From the NCBI GenBank assembly GCA_963843575.1, contig CAWJKZ010000019.1:416001-480000 (forward strand): 64,000 nt of DNA. Reading direction: 5' to 3'. The position numbers and the translations under genes are program-made. Origin of the DNA: an uncultured Acidobacteriota bacterium. GTDB lineage: Bacteria > Acidobacteriota > UBA6911. This document shows, piece by piece, positions 18,833 through 29,097 of the stretch. The notes beneath the pieces were generated by a model. It was not told the DNA's origin, ran no database searches, and saw only the letters and a list, made by a program, of their open reading frames with translations. The first letter of the stretch is position 1; each line of letters begins with the position of its first letter.

Positions 18833-20695
18833 GTGGATGAGCGACAGCCTGGGATCGCGGCGAGCCGCCGCGGCCCACTTATGCTCTTGGGTGTTCTGCT
18901 GCTTTGTCTCGTTTCTGCGGCCTCGCCCGCGCCTCCGGCAACGGCGGGCGGATCGGTCGAGGCCGAGATGCGCACCCGCGCCGCTCGTTGCCTGGCCGAG
19001 CGGCACCTGGTGGTCGACTACTACCGGATCGGCAGACGGCTTGCCTTTCCGCTCCTCCTCGACCGCATCCCGAGCCCGCGGGCCCCGGTGACGGGAATCC
19101 CCGATTACCCGTGGGAGATCTGGCTCGCGTGGCGGCTCGAAGACCGGCTGAACACCCTTGGTTGGGCCGCCTCGTGGTTCAAAGATGCCGCGGCCGCGGC
19201 CCAGGCCGGACGCGAGCTCGAGGCGATGGCCCGCTGGCCGGCCTTCACCCCCAACGCCAGGCTGGACCTCTGCCTGGGCCACGTGTCGCGCACGATGTGC
19301 GAAGCCTACCGCAAGTGGGACTGGCTCACCCCCGCCACCAGGGACGCGCTCGGCCGTGCGCTCGACCGTCTCGTCGCCGATGCGGCACCCTGGGTCAAGG
19401 AGAGGTTCGGCGCGGGGTTGACGGCACGCGACATTCTCGATTCGGCGGATCCGCACACGCGGGTCCACAACATCCCCTTCATCGGTCTCATCGGCGCCGC
19501 CATGGCCGCCAACACCAGGGGGGCCGCGCCTGCGGCGTCCCTCAACGGGCAGCTGACCGCGCTCATCGAGGTCCTGACGACGCTCCGGCAGAGCGGCTAT
19601 AGTGAAGCGGTGGGTTACGACGGCTACCTGCTGGATTTCGTGACGAGCTGGCTCGCAACCCTCCCGCCGGCCTCCCGGGAATCCGTGCTGCGGAGGTTCG
19701 ACCTCGAAGGGTTTTTCCCTGAATCCTGCATGCTGGGTGCCCCGGGCGACGCGACCCGGGTCGCCGAACTCTCCGACGTGGAACCGCACCAGATGCCCTT
19801 CCACATCTCGGCGCAGGCGCGGCTGCAGTCGTTTCGGCCGCAGCCGCTGCGGGCCTGGTACCTGCGCCAGTGCAGGCTGGACGTGCTCCGGTCCGACACG
19901 CTCGCCCTCCTCCGCACGCTGGCGGCGGGCGCGCCGCAGGGGGCCCCGCCCCCGGCCGTGCGCGTCCTCGACGCGCACTACGCCAAAGTCCTGCGCTCGG
20001 GTTGGGCCGCGAGCGACCTCGCCGTGGCCGTCGCCGCCGGCAATTCGCCCGCAGGGCACATCCACTTCGACTTCGGCTCGATCACGATCGGAACCGCCGG
20101 CCGGTGGCTGATCGCGGATCCGGGCTACCAGCAGTACATGCCCGGCGAGGAACGCGAGTTCACGATCGGGCCGCGGGCTCACAACGCGCCCGTCCTCGAC
20201 GGCAGGGCCCAGGAGAAGAAGGCCGGCAGGGTTCTCTCGGAAGACACCGACCAGGTTGGGACCCTCAGGCTCGCGCTCGACCTGACCGCCTGCTATCCGG
20301 CGGAACTCGGCGTCGGGCGCGCCATGAGGACGGTCTGGTTGGCCGGGAAGAGCCTCGTGGTCGTTGCCGACGAGCTCGACGCCGGAAACGCCGGCACCCA
20401 GGCCTATCACTGGCACGGTGCACCCGACGCCGCGTGGCAGGTGCGGGACAACTGGGCGATGCTCTACGCCGGCAAGGGGGCCACGATCTGGTTCTCGAGC
20501 CCGGGATTTGCCGTCTCGGACGCCGATCTCGTGAGGCTCCCCGGATCGCGCGGCCAGGTGAGCCTGGTGTGCAGCCGCAAACCGGTCCCGGTGACGTGGT
20601 GGGTGTTCGCCACGGGCGATGCCCCTCCCGCCGTGGCGTCGGACGCCGCCGCGCGCTCGCTGCGGATCGGCGGCCTGCGGTTCAGCCTCGACTGA
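18833..20695 (+). CDS. Heparinase II/III family protein
   Basis: Signal peptide, E..GY..Y, GH.H.D.GS, LI.DPGY..Y and AHN....DG..Q motifs. Confidence 0.75.
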   Translation: MDERQPGIAASRRGPLMLLGVLLLCLVSAASPAPPATAGGSVEAEMRTRAARCLAERHLVVDYYRIGRRLAFPLLLDRIPSPRAPVTGIPDYPWEIWLAWRLEDRLNTLGWAASWFKDAAAAAQAGRELEAMARWPAFTPNARLDLCLGHVSRTMCEAYRKWDWLTPATRDALGRALDRLVADAAPWVKERFGAGLTARDILDSADPHTRVHNIPFIGLIGAAMAANTRGAAPAASLNGQLTALIEVLTTLRQSGYSEAVGYDGYLLDFVTSWLATLPPASRESVLRRFDLEGFFPESCMLGAPGDATRVAELSDVEPHQMPFHISAQARLQSFRPQPLRAWYLRQCRLDVLRSDTLALLRTLAAGAPQGAPPPAVRVLDAHYAKVLRSGWAASDLAVAVAAGNSPAGHIHFDFGSITIGTAGRWLIADPGYQQYMPGEEREFTIGPRAHNAPVLDGRAQEKKAGRVLSEDTDQVGTLRLALDLTACYPAELGVGRAMRTVWLAGKSLVVVADELDAGNAGTQAYHWHGAPDAAWQVRDNWAMLYAGKGATIWFSSPGFAVSDADLVRLPGSRGQVSLVCSRKPVPVTWWVFATGDAPPAVASDAAARSLRIGGLRFSLD

Positions 20696-20701
20696 CGCTC
20701 T

Positions 20702-20813
20702 TGGAGTGCGGCGGCTCGACGCCGCATATCGTGGCGGTTCGGCCTGGCGCCAAGGCGCCGGGTGTTTCGGCTTTGGCGAGAGCAGGAAAGCGGCGCCGAG
20801 GCGCCGCACTCCA
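20702..20813. repeat. GGAG-REP doublet, family 2
   Basis: TGGAGTGCGGCGGCTCGACGCCGC ... GCGGCGCCGAGGCGCCGCACTCCA between convergent genes. Confidence 0.85.
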
Positions 20814-20815
20814 AA

Positions 20816-21746
20816 TCAGCGCTTTGGTATCGAGACGGTGATGTTCCGGAACTTCAGGCCGCCCGTGTGGTCCCCCTGGATGTAGAAAGGCCCCGGCTGC
20901 GCCCTCGTTGGCATCCAGCGCGCCGCCGGTGATTCCCTCTATCTCCTGCCGGTCGATGGTCGTGACCCCGTTGCGGACGATGGTTACGGTGCGGCCCACG
21001 AGCGTGACGTCGAACGTGTCCCACTGTCCCGGGGTGCGCGGCAGTTCCTTCGGCGTGAGCCGGCCGTAGATGGACCCTATCCGGCGCTCCGGCGGGTTGT
21101 CGGCGAGAGGCTCGTATTCCAGCTGAACCTCGTAGCGCCCCCTCAGGTAGAAGCCGCTGTTGGCATGCTCGGGGCAATTGACCTCGAAGTGAAGCTTGAA
21201 GTCGTCAAACTGGCGGGTGGACTTCAGGTTGGCTCCGCGTTCCTCGTTGACCAGCTGCCCGTCCTTGACGACCCAGTGGCTGTTGGCCGGGTTGCCCATC
21301 GGTTCCCAGCCGCCGAGGTCGCGGCCGTTGAACAGCGGCTCCGGAGCCGTCCATGCGGCCGGGGCGGCGCGCTTCAGCTCCGGCGCCCGGACTCCCGCCA
21401 GCGCGAGCGTCGTGTCCCCGCGCTTCTGAACGCCGCTGATCTTGTCGCCCGCGGCATCGAGTTCCAGCACCTCGGCCGGCCTGTCGGCCGTTGCCGGGGA
21501 AACGGTCGCGGTCAGGTGTGACCCCTCGATCTTGAAGTCCGTCACTTGATAGACGTGCCCACCGGTCGGCTGGTACCACACTTCCAGCTTGCCGCCCTTC
21601 TCGGTCACGCCCAGCCAGACCGCCCGCGTCGCGTTTCCCCTGGTGATGTTGAAATCCCATCGTCCCGCCAGATTGCCCGCCTTCTGCGAGAACGCCGCCG
21701 GCGTCATCAGGGCGACGGCCAGAAGTACGATCAGATTCCGTTTCAT
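20816..21746 (-). CDS. DUF1080 (3-keto-disaccharide hydrolase family) protein; frameshift near 20900
   Basis: PLFNGRDL.GW, F.DFKLH.E, NSG.YLRGRYEVQ. The C-terminal QGDH...FRNI lies in the shifted frame. Confidence 0.88.
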
Positions 21747-21868
21747 ATGATTCCTCCGTAGATGGCGCAGTTTAAGCCCGCGGCGGCGCGGGGACAAGCG
21801 TCGCGCAGTTTTTGGGCTCGCCGCCCTCTGCCGGCGGACGCCGACCCCCGAGTTTCCCGCGTCGGACG

Positions 21869-23653
21869 CTATCTCGCCGCTGCCGGGTAAAGGGGCCAAA
21901 GCACCGGCAGGATCAGCAGGATGATGCTCAAGAGGATGAGGGTAAGGAGCAAGCCGGCCTTGACGAAGTCCCTGAAGCGGTATTTTCCCGGCCCGTAAAC
22001 CAGGATGCACGAAGGTTCGAACGGCGTGATCAGCGACACCGACGCCGCCAGCATGATGGCGATGGCGAATGTGCGCGGGTTGGCGCCGAGGCGCTGAGCC
22101 GAGTTCAGGGCGACGGGGAGCACGACCAGGGCGGCGGCCGCGTTCGACATCGGCTGGGTGAGGATCACGGTCAGGAGGCAGAAACCCGCAAGGACCGTCA
22201 TCACGCCGAACGGTTCGAGGATGCGGGTGATGTGGCCGGCGAGGAAGGCGGCCGTGCCCGTCTTCTCCATCGCGGTCCCGAACGCGGTCATGCCTCCGAT
22301 CAGGATCAGGAGTCTCCAGTCGATGAATTCGTAGGCCTCCTCCACGGTGATGCTGCGCACCAGCATCGTCAGCACGGCCGCCGCGAGGATGGCTACCGAG
22401 AGCGGGACCCAGCCGAGCCCGCCGGCGAGGATCGCGCAACCGAAAAAGACCAGGGCGTAGGTTCCCTTCTTCTGACGCGCCTCCGGCGGGATCAGCTCAT
22501 CGAGGATGGTCAGATCCGGGTTTCGTCTCAGGTTCCGGATCCTTTCCGCCTGCCCGTGCAGCAGGAGCACATCCCCGACGCGAAGCCTTATGCGGGCGAT
22601 CTTGTCGGCGAGCGAGTGACCGTGGCGGTAGATCGCCAGCGCCGTGAGGCCGTAGCGCCGCCTGAAATCCAGCTCCTTCAGCGTCCGGTCGATCAGGTTG
22701 GATTGAGGCATGAGGAGCGCTTCGGCGATCCTGTTGTCTTCCGATTGCAGGTCAGCGTCCTGCAGATTCAGGAGAGCCTTGATCTCGACGCCCTCCGTGT
22801 TCTTGATCTTCATCAGGTCTTCGACCTTGCCCTCCACGAGCAGGACGTCCCCGTGCCGGATGAGAGAACCCGAATCAGGCAGGATCTTCTGGTTCCCCCG
22901 CAACACCTGCACGATCTGAAAACCCAGCCGGGAGAGCTCGGATTCGAAGATCCGTTGGCCCCCGAGGCGCGAGTCCGGGAGCACGGCGATTTCGCTCAGG
23001 TACTTGCGCATGCCGTAGTCATCCGTCTGGCTTTCACCCTTGTGAGACGGCAGCAGCCGGCGCCCGACCATGACCATGTAGAGCACGCCGACCAGCAGCA
23101 GCACCAGCCCGACGGGCGTTATCTCGAAGAGCGAGATCGGTGCCATTCCCACCCTCGCGATGTATCCGCTGACCGCCACGTTCGTGGACGTGCCGATCAG
23201 GGTGCACGTCCCGCCCAGGATCGAGGCGAACGCCATTGGCATGAGGAGCTTTGACGGGCTGATCTGCGCCCTGCGCGAGAGTCCCATGACCGGGGGAAGG
23301 AAGACCGCGGTGGCGGTGGTGTTGTTCATGAACGCCGAAACACACCCCACCGTGGCCATGACGGCCAACGTCAGGCGCTTCGGCCCCTTGCCCGCGACCC
23401 GGTACAGGTGGGCCCCGATGGCGTCCACCACGCCGGTCTTCTGCAGCGCGCCGCTGAGTGCGAAGATGGAGGCCAGGATGATGATGATCTCGTTGCTGAA
23501 GCCGGCGAAGGACTCGGCAGGGGTCAGGATGCCGGTCAGCACGAGCACGACAAGCAGCATCATCGTGATGAGGTCGACGGATGTCACCTCCATGGCGAAC
23601 AGGATCAGGGCAGCGATCAACAGGCCGAGGACGAGGGCGATCTGCATGGTCAC
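21869..23653 (-). CDS. SLC13 family permease with TrkA-C domains
   Basis: SAFMNNT, LGGTCTLIGTSTN, two TrkA-C repeats and MSNAAAA. Confidence 0.92.
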   Translation of the reverse strand: MTMQIALVLGLLIAALILFAMEVTSVDLITMMLLVVLVLTGILTPAESFAGFSNEIIIILASIFALSGALQKTGVVDAIGAHLYRVAGKGPKRLTLAVMATVGCVSAFMNNTTATAVFLPPVMGLSRRAQISPSKLLMPMAFASILGGTCTLIGTSTNVAVSGYIARVGMAPISLFEITPVGLVLLLVGVLYMVMVGRRLLPSHKGESQTDDYGMRKYLSEIAVLPDSRLGGQRIFESELSRLGFQIVQVLRGNQKILPDSGSLIRHGDVLLVEGKVEDLMKIKNTEGVEIKALLNLQDADLQSEDNRIAEALLMPQSNLIDRTLKELDFRRRYGLTALAIYRHGHSLADKIARIRLRVGDVLLLHGQAERIRNLRRNPDLTILDELIPPEARQKKGTYALVFFGCAILAGGLGWVPLSVAILAAAVLTMLVRSITVEEAYEFIDWRLLILIGGMTAFGTAMEKTGTAAFLAGHITRILEPFGVMTVLAGFCLLTVILTQPMSNAAAALVVLPVALNSAQRLGANPRTFAIAIMLAASVSLITPFEPSCILVYGPGKYRFRDFVKAGLLLTLILLSIILLILPVLWPLYPAAAR

Positions 23654-23784
23654 ATCCTAAACGAAGACGCTCGAATCGGTTCGGCGGATTGAACCCGGCC
23701 CCGCGGCCGTTCGTCCGGCATGCACTGAAATAGTATCAGGCGCGCCGGCACCTTACCTGCTTCAATAACGCGTCCCCTCTGAAT

Positions 23785-23905
23785 CAAGTGGGTCCGGGCT
23801 TTAGCCCGGACGTCTTTTGACTTTCGCTAAGCAGCAACCGCAAATAACGTCCGGGCTGAAGCCCGGACCCACTTGGCTGAAGCCCGGACCCACTTGACCC
23901 ACTTG
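23785..23905. repeat. GTGG-REP doublet with stuttered end, family 1
   Basis: Inverted REP pair followed by nested partial copies all ending CCCACTTG. Confidence 0.85.
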
Positions 23906-23940
23906 GCGGTTTTTCGGTTCTTGGGCTTTTGGGAGGCGTT

Positions 23941-25791
23941 CTACAGCTGCGGGAGGCGGACGGTGGTGTCGGGAGCGGCGACGGGCTCGGGGTTCGGAGG
24001 TTCGGGGGTGAAGTCCTCGCCCGGGTTGATGAACGTGTCGGTTTCCAGGTCGTACTGCCGGTCGTGGAGCTGGCGGTAGCGGCCCCCGGCCGCCAGCAAT
24101 TCCTGGTGGGTGCCGCGCTCGATGATTTCGCCGTTTTCCAGCACGAGGATCTGGTCGGCGCTGCGGATGGTGGAGAGCCTGTGGGCGATCACGAACGTGG
24201 TGCGGCCATGGCGCAGGCGTCTCAGGCCGTCCTGGATCATCGCCTCGCTTTCGCTGTCCAGGCTCGAGGTGGCCTCGTCGAGGATCAGGATGCGCGGATC
24301 CGCCAGGATGGCGCGTGCGATCCCGATGCGCTGCCTCTGGCCGCCGGACAACCTGATGCCGCGTTCCCCGACGACCGTGTCGTAGCCGTTTTCGAAGCCC
24401 TCGACGAATTCCTCGCAGTGGGCGATGCGGCCGGCTTCGCGGACCTGGTCGCGCGTGGCGCCCGGGCGGGAGAATCGTATGTTGTCGGCGACGGTGCCGT
24501 CGAAGAGGAAGTTCTCCTGCATGACGGCCCCGAGCTGCGCGCGATAGTCGCGCAACCGGACGTGCGGCAGGTCGATCCCGTCGATCGTGATCCGTCCGGA
24601 CTTGGGGCGATCGAAGGCCATGACGAGGCCGATGAGGGTGCTTTTGCCGGACCCGCTCGAGCCGACCAGCGCCGTGGTGGAGCCCGCCGGGGCGTCGAAC
24701 GACACGTTGCGCAGCACGGGGATGCCGTTGGTGTACTCGAAGGTGACGTCCTCGAAGGCGATGTCGCCCCGCACCGAGGAGAGCGGCTGCCGGGACTTCT
24801 CGTCCGCGTCCTCGGTCGCCATCTGCCGGATCTCGTTGATGCGGTCGAGTCCAGCGAAGGCCTCGGTGATCTGGGTGCCGATCGACGCCAGCTGCACCAG
24901 CGGCATGGCCATCAGGCCCGTGAAGAAGGTGTACATCACCAGCTCGCCCAGGGTCATCTGCCCGGCAATGATGGCGCGCCCCCCCACGAGCAGCACGATG
25001 ACGCCGATCGCGCCGACGATGACGGTCGAGGCGGAGGCGGTGGCCGACACGCCGGTGATCGATTTCGCGACGTTGCGGAACAACCTGTGGACGCCGCGCG
25101 TGAAGACGAGCTGCTCGCGCTTCTCGGCCGTGTAGGATTTGACGATGCGGATGCCGCCCAGCGATTCCGTCAGGCGGCCGGTCACCTCGGCCTGGATCTT
25201 GCCGCGCTCGCGGAACATCGGCCGCAGCCTCCTGAACGCGGTCGCCAGGACCGCGCCGAAGCAGGACAGCACGGTCAGGGTCACCAGCGTCAGGGCCCAG
25301 TTCAGGTAGAAGAGCACTCCCAGGGCCAGCAGGCCCGTGACGATCGACCCCGTCAGCTGGACGAGGCCGGTGCCGACCAGGTTGCGGATTCCCTCCGCGT
25401 CGGTCATGATCCGCGAGATGAGGACGCCGGTCTGGGTGGAATCGAAGTAACGCACCGGGAGCCGCACGACGTGCGCCTCGACGCTCCGTCGCATGTCCGT
25501 GATGGCGCGCTGGGCGGCCACGCCCAGGACCTGGGAGAGCGCGAACGAGGTCGCGGCGTCGACCAGGGTGGCGGCGCCGGCCGCCAGCGCCAGCCACGGC
25601 AGGAGGTCGTGTTGCTGCTTGCCGATGACGTCGTCGATCAGGTACTTCGAGGTCGCAGGAAGCACGAGGCCGGCGATGCGGCTGATCAGCATCAGGGCCA
25701 GGCCAAGCGCAAGGCGTGCGCGATGCTCGGCGATCAGCCGGCGCGCCTCGCCCCACGCCTGGGACCACCGGATCTGTTTTCTGTCCGCCAC
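23941..25791 (-). CDS. ABC exporter, fused permease/ATPase
   Basis: TMD plus GSSGSGKS, LSGGQRQR and ILILDEATS. Confidence 0.95.
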   Translation of the reverse strand: MADRKQIRWSQAWGEARRLIAEHRARLALGLALMLISRIAGLVLPATSKYLIDDVIGKQQHDLLPWLALAAGAATLVDAATSFALSQVLGVAAQRAITDMRRSVEAHVVRLPVRYFDSTQTGVLISRIMTDAEGIRNLVGTGLVQLTGSIVTGLLALGVLFYLNWALTLVTLTVLSCFGAVLATAFRRLRPMFRERGKIQAEVTGRLTESLGGIRIVKSYTAEKREQLVFTRGVHRLFRNVAKSITGVSATASASTVIVGAIGVIVLLVGGRAIIAGQMTLGELVMYTFFTGLMAMPLVQLASIGTQITEAFAGLDRINEIRQMATEDADEKSRQPLSSVRGDIAFEDVTFEYTNGIPVLRNVSFDAPAGSTTALVGSSGSGKSTLIGLVMAFDRPKSGRITIDGIDLPHVRLRDYRAQLGAVMQENFLFDGTVADNIRFSRPGATRDQVREAGRIAHCEEFVEGFENGYDTVVGERGIRLSGGQRQRIGIARAILADPRILILDEATSSLDSESEAMIQDGLRRLRHGRTTFVIAHRLSTIRSADQILVLENGEIIERGTHQELLAAGGRYRQLHDRQYDLETDTFINPGEDFTPEPPNPEPVAAPDTTVRLPQL

Positions 25792-25843
25792 ACCAGACTA
25801 TATAGCACAGATCAACAGCCAGGTAAGGTTACGTAGATAAGGT

Positions 25844-26038
25844 CAAGTGGGTCCGGGCTTCAGCCCGGACGTTTTTAGAACCGTCTCCTACCGCTACACA
25901 TGTACTGCATAGCGACTGCAAAAGGCGTCAAGTGGGTCCGGGCTTCAGCCCGGACGCCGTTTGCAGTCGCTGTGCAGGGCAGTTGGAACCATATGGAACG
26001 GATTTGAATACGTCCGGGCTGAAGCCCGGACCCACTTG
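25844..26038. repeat. GTGG-REP triplet, family 1
   Basis: Two forward and one reverse REP, with spacers containing AGCGACTGCAAA in opposite orientations. Confidence 0.85.
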
Positions 26039-26118
26039 GCTGTGTGCGAGTAAGGTACGGCGCAGCTTGGCGCGGCGGCCTCGTGGTAGCATGTGTTCCG
26101 ACCCCGGGGAGGCTGACG

Positions 26119-26874
26119 ATGCTGAAGGCAATCGGCTGGATCGGCGACTTGTCGAGTTTCGGCGTGCGCGCCCTGCGCGCGTCCATCCGCCCGCCCTTTG
26201 AATTCGAGCAGATTATCCGGCAGATGTACGAGTTCGGCGCCCGCTCGCTGCCGCTGATCGGCGCCGCCGGCTTCGCCGTGGGGGCGGTGATGTCGATGCA
26301 CACCCGCGCCTCGCTGGAGCGTTTCGGGGCCGAGGCGATGATCCCGGCCGGCCTCGGCGTGGCGCTCATCAAGGAAACCGGTCCGCTGGTGACGGCCCTG
26401 CTCTTCTCCGGTCGTGTCGGGGCGGGCATCGGCGCCGAGCTCGGCGCGATGCGCGTCAGCGAGCAGATCGACGCGCTCGAGACGCTGGCGGTCGATTCGT
26501 TCAAGTACCTGGTGGTCACCCGGATCCTCGCCTGCATCGCCGTGATGCCGCTGCTGGTCACGGTGGCCAACTTCGCTGGCATCGTCGGCGGGTACGTGTC
26601 CGAGACCGTCATCAGCGGGATGTCGTTCGGCCTTTACTGGGAGCGCGCCTTCTCCCTGATCTCCTTCTCGGACTATGTCCCGGCCACCCTGAAGACGTGC
26701 GTGTTTGGTTTCATCATCGGCACTACCTCGGCATACCTCGGGTACAACACGGAGGGCGGCACGGCGGGCGTGGGGCAGGCGGCGACGCGCAGCGTCGTGT
26801 CTTCCTCGATACTGGTCATTCTGTCCAACGTGGTGATGGTCAAGGCGATCTTTGTTCTCTTTCCGAAAGGTTGA
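26119..26874 (+). CDS. mlaE: MlaE family ABC permease
   Basis: ETGPLVTALL.SGRVGAGIGAELGAMRVSEQIDAL and GG..GVG.A.TRSVV. Confidence 0.9.
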   Translation: MLKAIGWIGDLSSFGVRALRASIRPPFEFEQIIRQMYEFGARSLPLIGAAGFAVGAVMSMHTRASLERFGAEAMIPAGLGVALIKETGPLVTALLFSGRVGAGIGAELGAMRVSEQIDALETLAVDSFKYLVVTRILACIAVMPLLVTVANFAGIVGGYVSETVISGMSFGLYWERAFSLISFSDYVPATLKTCVFGFIIGTTSAYLGYNTEGGTAGVGQAATRSVVSSSILVILSNVVMVKAIFVLFPKG

Positions 26875-26886
26875 GGCGCTCGAGCC

Positions 26887-27654
26887 ATGCAAGAGGAGAC
26901 GGCGGCCGGATCGAATGGGGTGGCCATACGCTTCGAGAGGGTCTCGAAGTCCTTCGGCGGCCTGCGGGTGCTCGACGACGTGTCGTTCCAGGTGCGGCGG
27001 GGCGAGGCCTTCTGCATCCTGGGCCGGAGCGGCTCGGGCAAGAGCGTCACGCTGCGGCAGCTGGTGGGCCTGATCAAGCCCGACCGCGGCCGCATCTTCG
27101 TGGAAGACGACGAGATCACCGCGCTGGACGCGCAGGGGCTCGCGCGCGTGCGCAAGCGGATCGGCTTCCTGTTTCAGTACTCGGCGCTGTTTGATTCCAT
27201 CTCGGTGGGGGAGAACGTCGCCTTTCCCCTGCGCCGGCACACCCGCGGGACGGACCGCGAGATCCGCGACCGCGCGCAGCAGCTGCTGGAGAGCGTCGGG
27301 CTCGCCGAAGTCTACGGCAAGATGCCCGCGCAGATTTCCGGCGGGATGCAGAAGCGGGCCGCGCTGGCGCGCGCCCTCGCCCTGCACCCGCCCGTGCTGC
27401 TGGTGGACGAGCCCAGCAGCGGCCTGGATCCCGTGACGGCATCGGAAATCGACGACCTGCTGCTGCGTCTGAAGAAGCGCGAAAAGACCACCATGGTCGT
27501 GGTCACCCACAACATACCCAGCGCGCGGATCCTGGGCGACGAGCTGGCCGTGCTCCACCAGGGCCGTATCCTGGACAGCGGGACGCCCGCCCATCTCGAG
27601 GTGAGTGAGCACGGGCTGGTGAGGTCGTTGTTGAACTCTCAAGGGGGTAACTGA
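26887..27654 (+). CDS. mlaF: MlaF family ABC ATPase
   Basis: GRSGSGKS, FQYSALFDS.SV.ENVAFPL, SGGMQKR and DEP.SGLDP. Confidence 0.9.
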   Translation: MQEETAAGSNGVAIRFERVSKSFGGLRVLDDVSFQVRRGEAFCILGRSGSGKSVTLRQLVGLIKPDRGRIFVEDDEITALDAQGLARVRKRIGFLFQYSALFDSISVGENVAFPLRRHTRGTDREIRDRAQQLLESVGLAEVYGKMPAQISGGMQKRAALARALALHPPVLLVDEPSSGLDPVTASEIDDLLLRLKKREKTTMVVVTHNIPSARILGDELAVLHQGRILDSGTPAHLEVSEHGLVRSLLNSQGGN

Positions 27655-27657
27655 GCC

Positions 27658-29094
27658 ATGCATTCCTCCCAGAAGATCGCCATCGGTGCGTTCGTGCTCG
27701 GCGGCCTCGTCCTGTTCACCCTGGGGTTGTACTGGATCGGGGAGCGGCGCTTCCTCTTCTCCGACAACATCGAGCTGTACGCGGAATTCGCGAACGTGAG
27801 CGGCCTGAAAACCGGGTCGCGGGTCGCGGTGTCGGGGATGGACGGCGGGGAAGTGCTGTACATCGGCGTCCCGGCGTCCCCGGGAGCGAAATTCCGGGTG
27901 AAGTTCCGCCTGCTCGAGAAGTTTCGCCCGATCCTGCGTCTCGATTCGGTGGCCACGATTCAGACCGACGGGCTCGTGGGCAACAAGCTCCTGCAGGTGG
28001 ACCCCGGCACCGCGCAGTCGCGGCGAGCCGAGCGCGGCGACACCATCTCCAGCCGCGAGCCGGTGGAGTTCAACGACGTGGTCCGGGAAACGGTCGAGAC
28101 CGTCCGGTACGCGCGGTCGGCCGTGGACGAGGTCAGGGGCCGGGTCGACGAGGCCGTCGACAACCTCGTCGGCATCAACCAGGCGGCCACCGGGTTGATT
28201 CAGGACGTCGGCACCCAGGTCGCGAGGATAACCGCCGCCACTCAGAACGTGGTCGCCGGAGTCGACGAAATCGTCGAGGGGGTGCAGCAGGGACGCGGCT
28301 CGGCAGGGAAACTGTTCACCGACGACCGCCTTTATGAAGACGTGCGCGGCACCGTCCGGGAACTGCAGCAGACCTCGGGTAACCTCGTGCGGATCACCTC
28401 GGACGTGAACGAGATCGTCGGCGACATCAAGCGGCGACAGCTCGGGAAGAACCTGGAACAGACCATGCAGAACATCGAGGAGATCTCCGTCAAGGGCAAG
28501 CAGGCGCTCGGCTCACTCCTGCCCGGAAGCCCTGGGGAGGAGGGCCTCGCCTCCAGCCTGCGCCGAACCCTGGTCAACACCAACGAAGCCATGTCCGACA
28601 TGGCCGAGAACGCGGAGGCGCTCAAACGAAACTGGTTTTTCCGGGGCTTTTTCAATGCGCGCGGCTTCTACGACCTGGATGCCATCTCGCTGGCCGACTA
28701 CCGGAGCGGAAAGTTCGCCCCCAAGCTCAAGCCGCGGCGCCATTGGCTGGCCGCCGGAGAGCTCTTCGCGAAAGGGCCAGACGCGCAGGAAGTGCTGACC
28801 GAGGAGGGGATGCACAGGCTGGATCTCGCCATGGCCGAATTCCTGCAGGAGTCCCAGAACTCCCCGCTGATGATCGAAGGGTACGCCGCCGCCGGAACCT
28901 CCCACGAGCAGTTCCTGCTCTCGCGCGAGCGCGCCGTCCGCGTCCGCAACTACCTCATCCCCCGCTTCTCGCTGCGTACCAACTACGTCGGGTTCGTCCC
29001 GCTCGGGGCCGAAGGGTCGCCCGACGGCCAATTCAAGGCCTCCGACGGCGTGTCGCTGGTGCTGTTTACCAATCCCAAGGCCACCCGGAAGTAG
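27658..29094 (+). CDS. mlaD: MlaD/MCE protein with coiled coil and C-terminal OmpA-like domain
   Basis: F.NVSGLK.GS.V.VSG, I.TDGLVG.K; tail MIEGYA..LSRERA.RVRNYL. Confidence 0.85.
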   Translation: MHSSQKIAIGAFVLGGLVLFTLGLYWIGERRFLFSDNIELYAEFANVSGLKTGSRVAVSGMDGGEVLYIGVPASPGAKFRVKFRLLEKFRPILRLDSVATIQTDGLVGNKLLQVDPGTAQSRRAERGDTISSREPVEFNDVVRETVETVRYARSAVDEVRGRVDEAVDNLVGINQAATGLIQDVGTQVARITAATQNVVAGVDEIVEGVQQGRGSAGKLFTDDRLYEDVRGTVRELQQTSGNLVRITSDVNEIVGDIKRRQLGKNLEQTMQNIEEISVKGKQALGSLLPGSPGEEGLASSLRRTLVNTNEAMSDMAENAEALKRNWFFRGFFNARGFYDLDAISLADYRSGKFAPKLKPRRHWLAAGELFAKGPDAQEVLTEEGMHRLDLAMAEFLQESQNSPLMIEGYAAAGTSHEQFLLSRERAVRVRNYLIPRFSLRTNYVGFVPLGAEGSPDGQFKASDGVSLVLFTNPKATRK

Positions 29095-29097
29095 CCG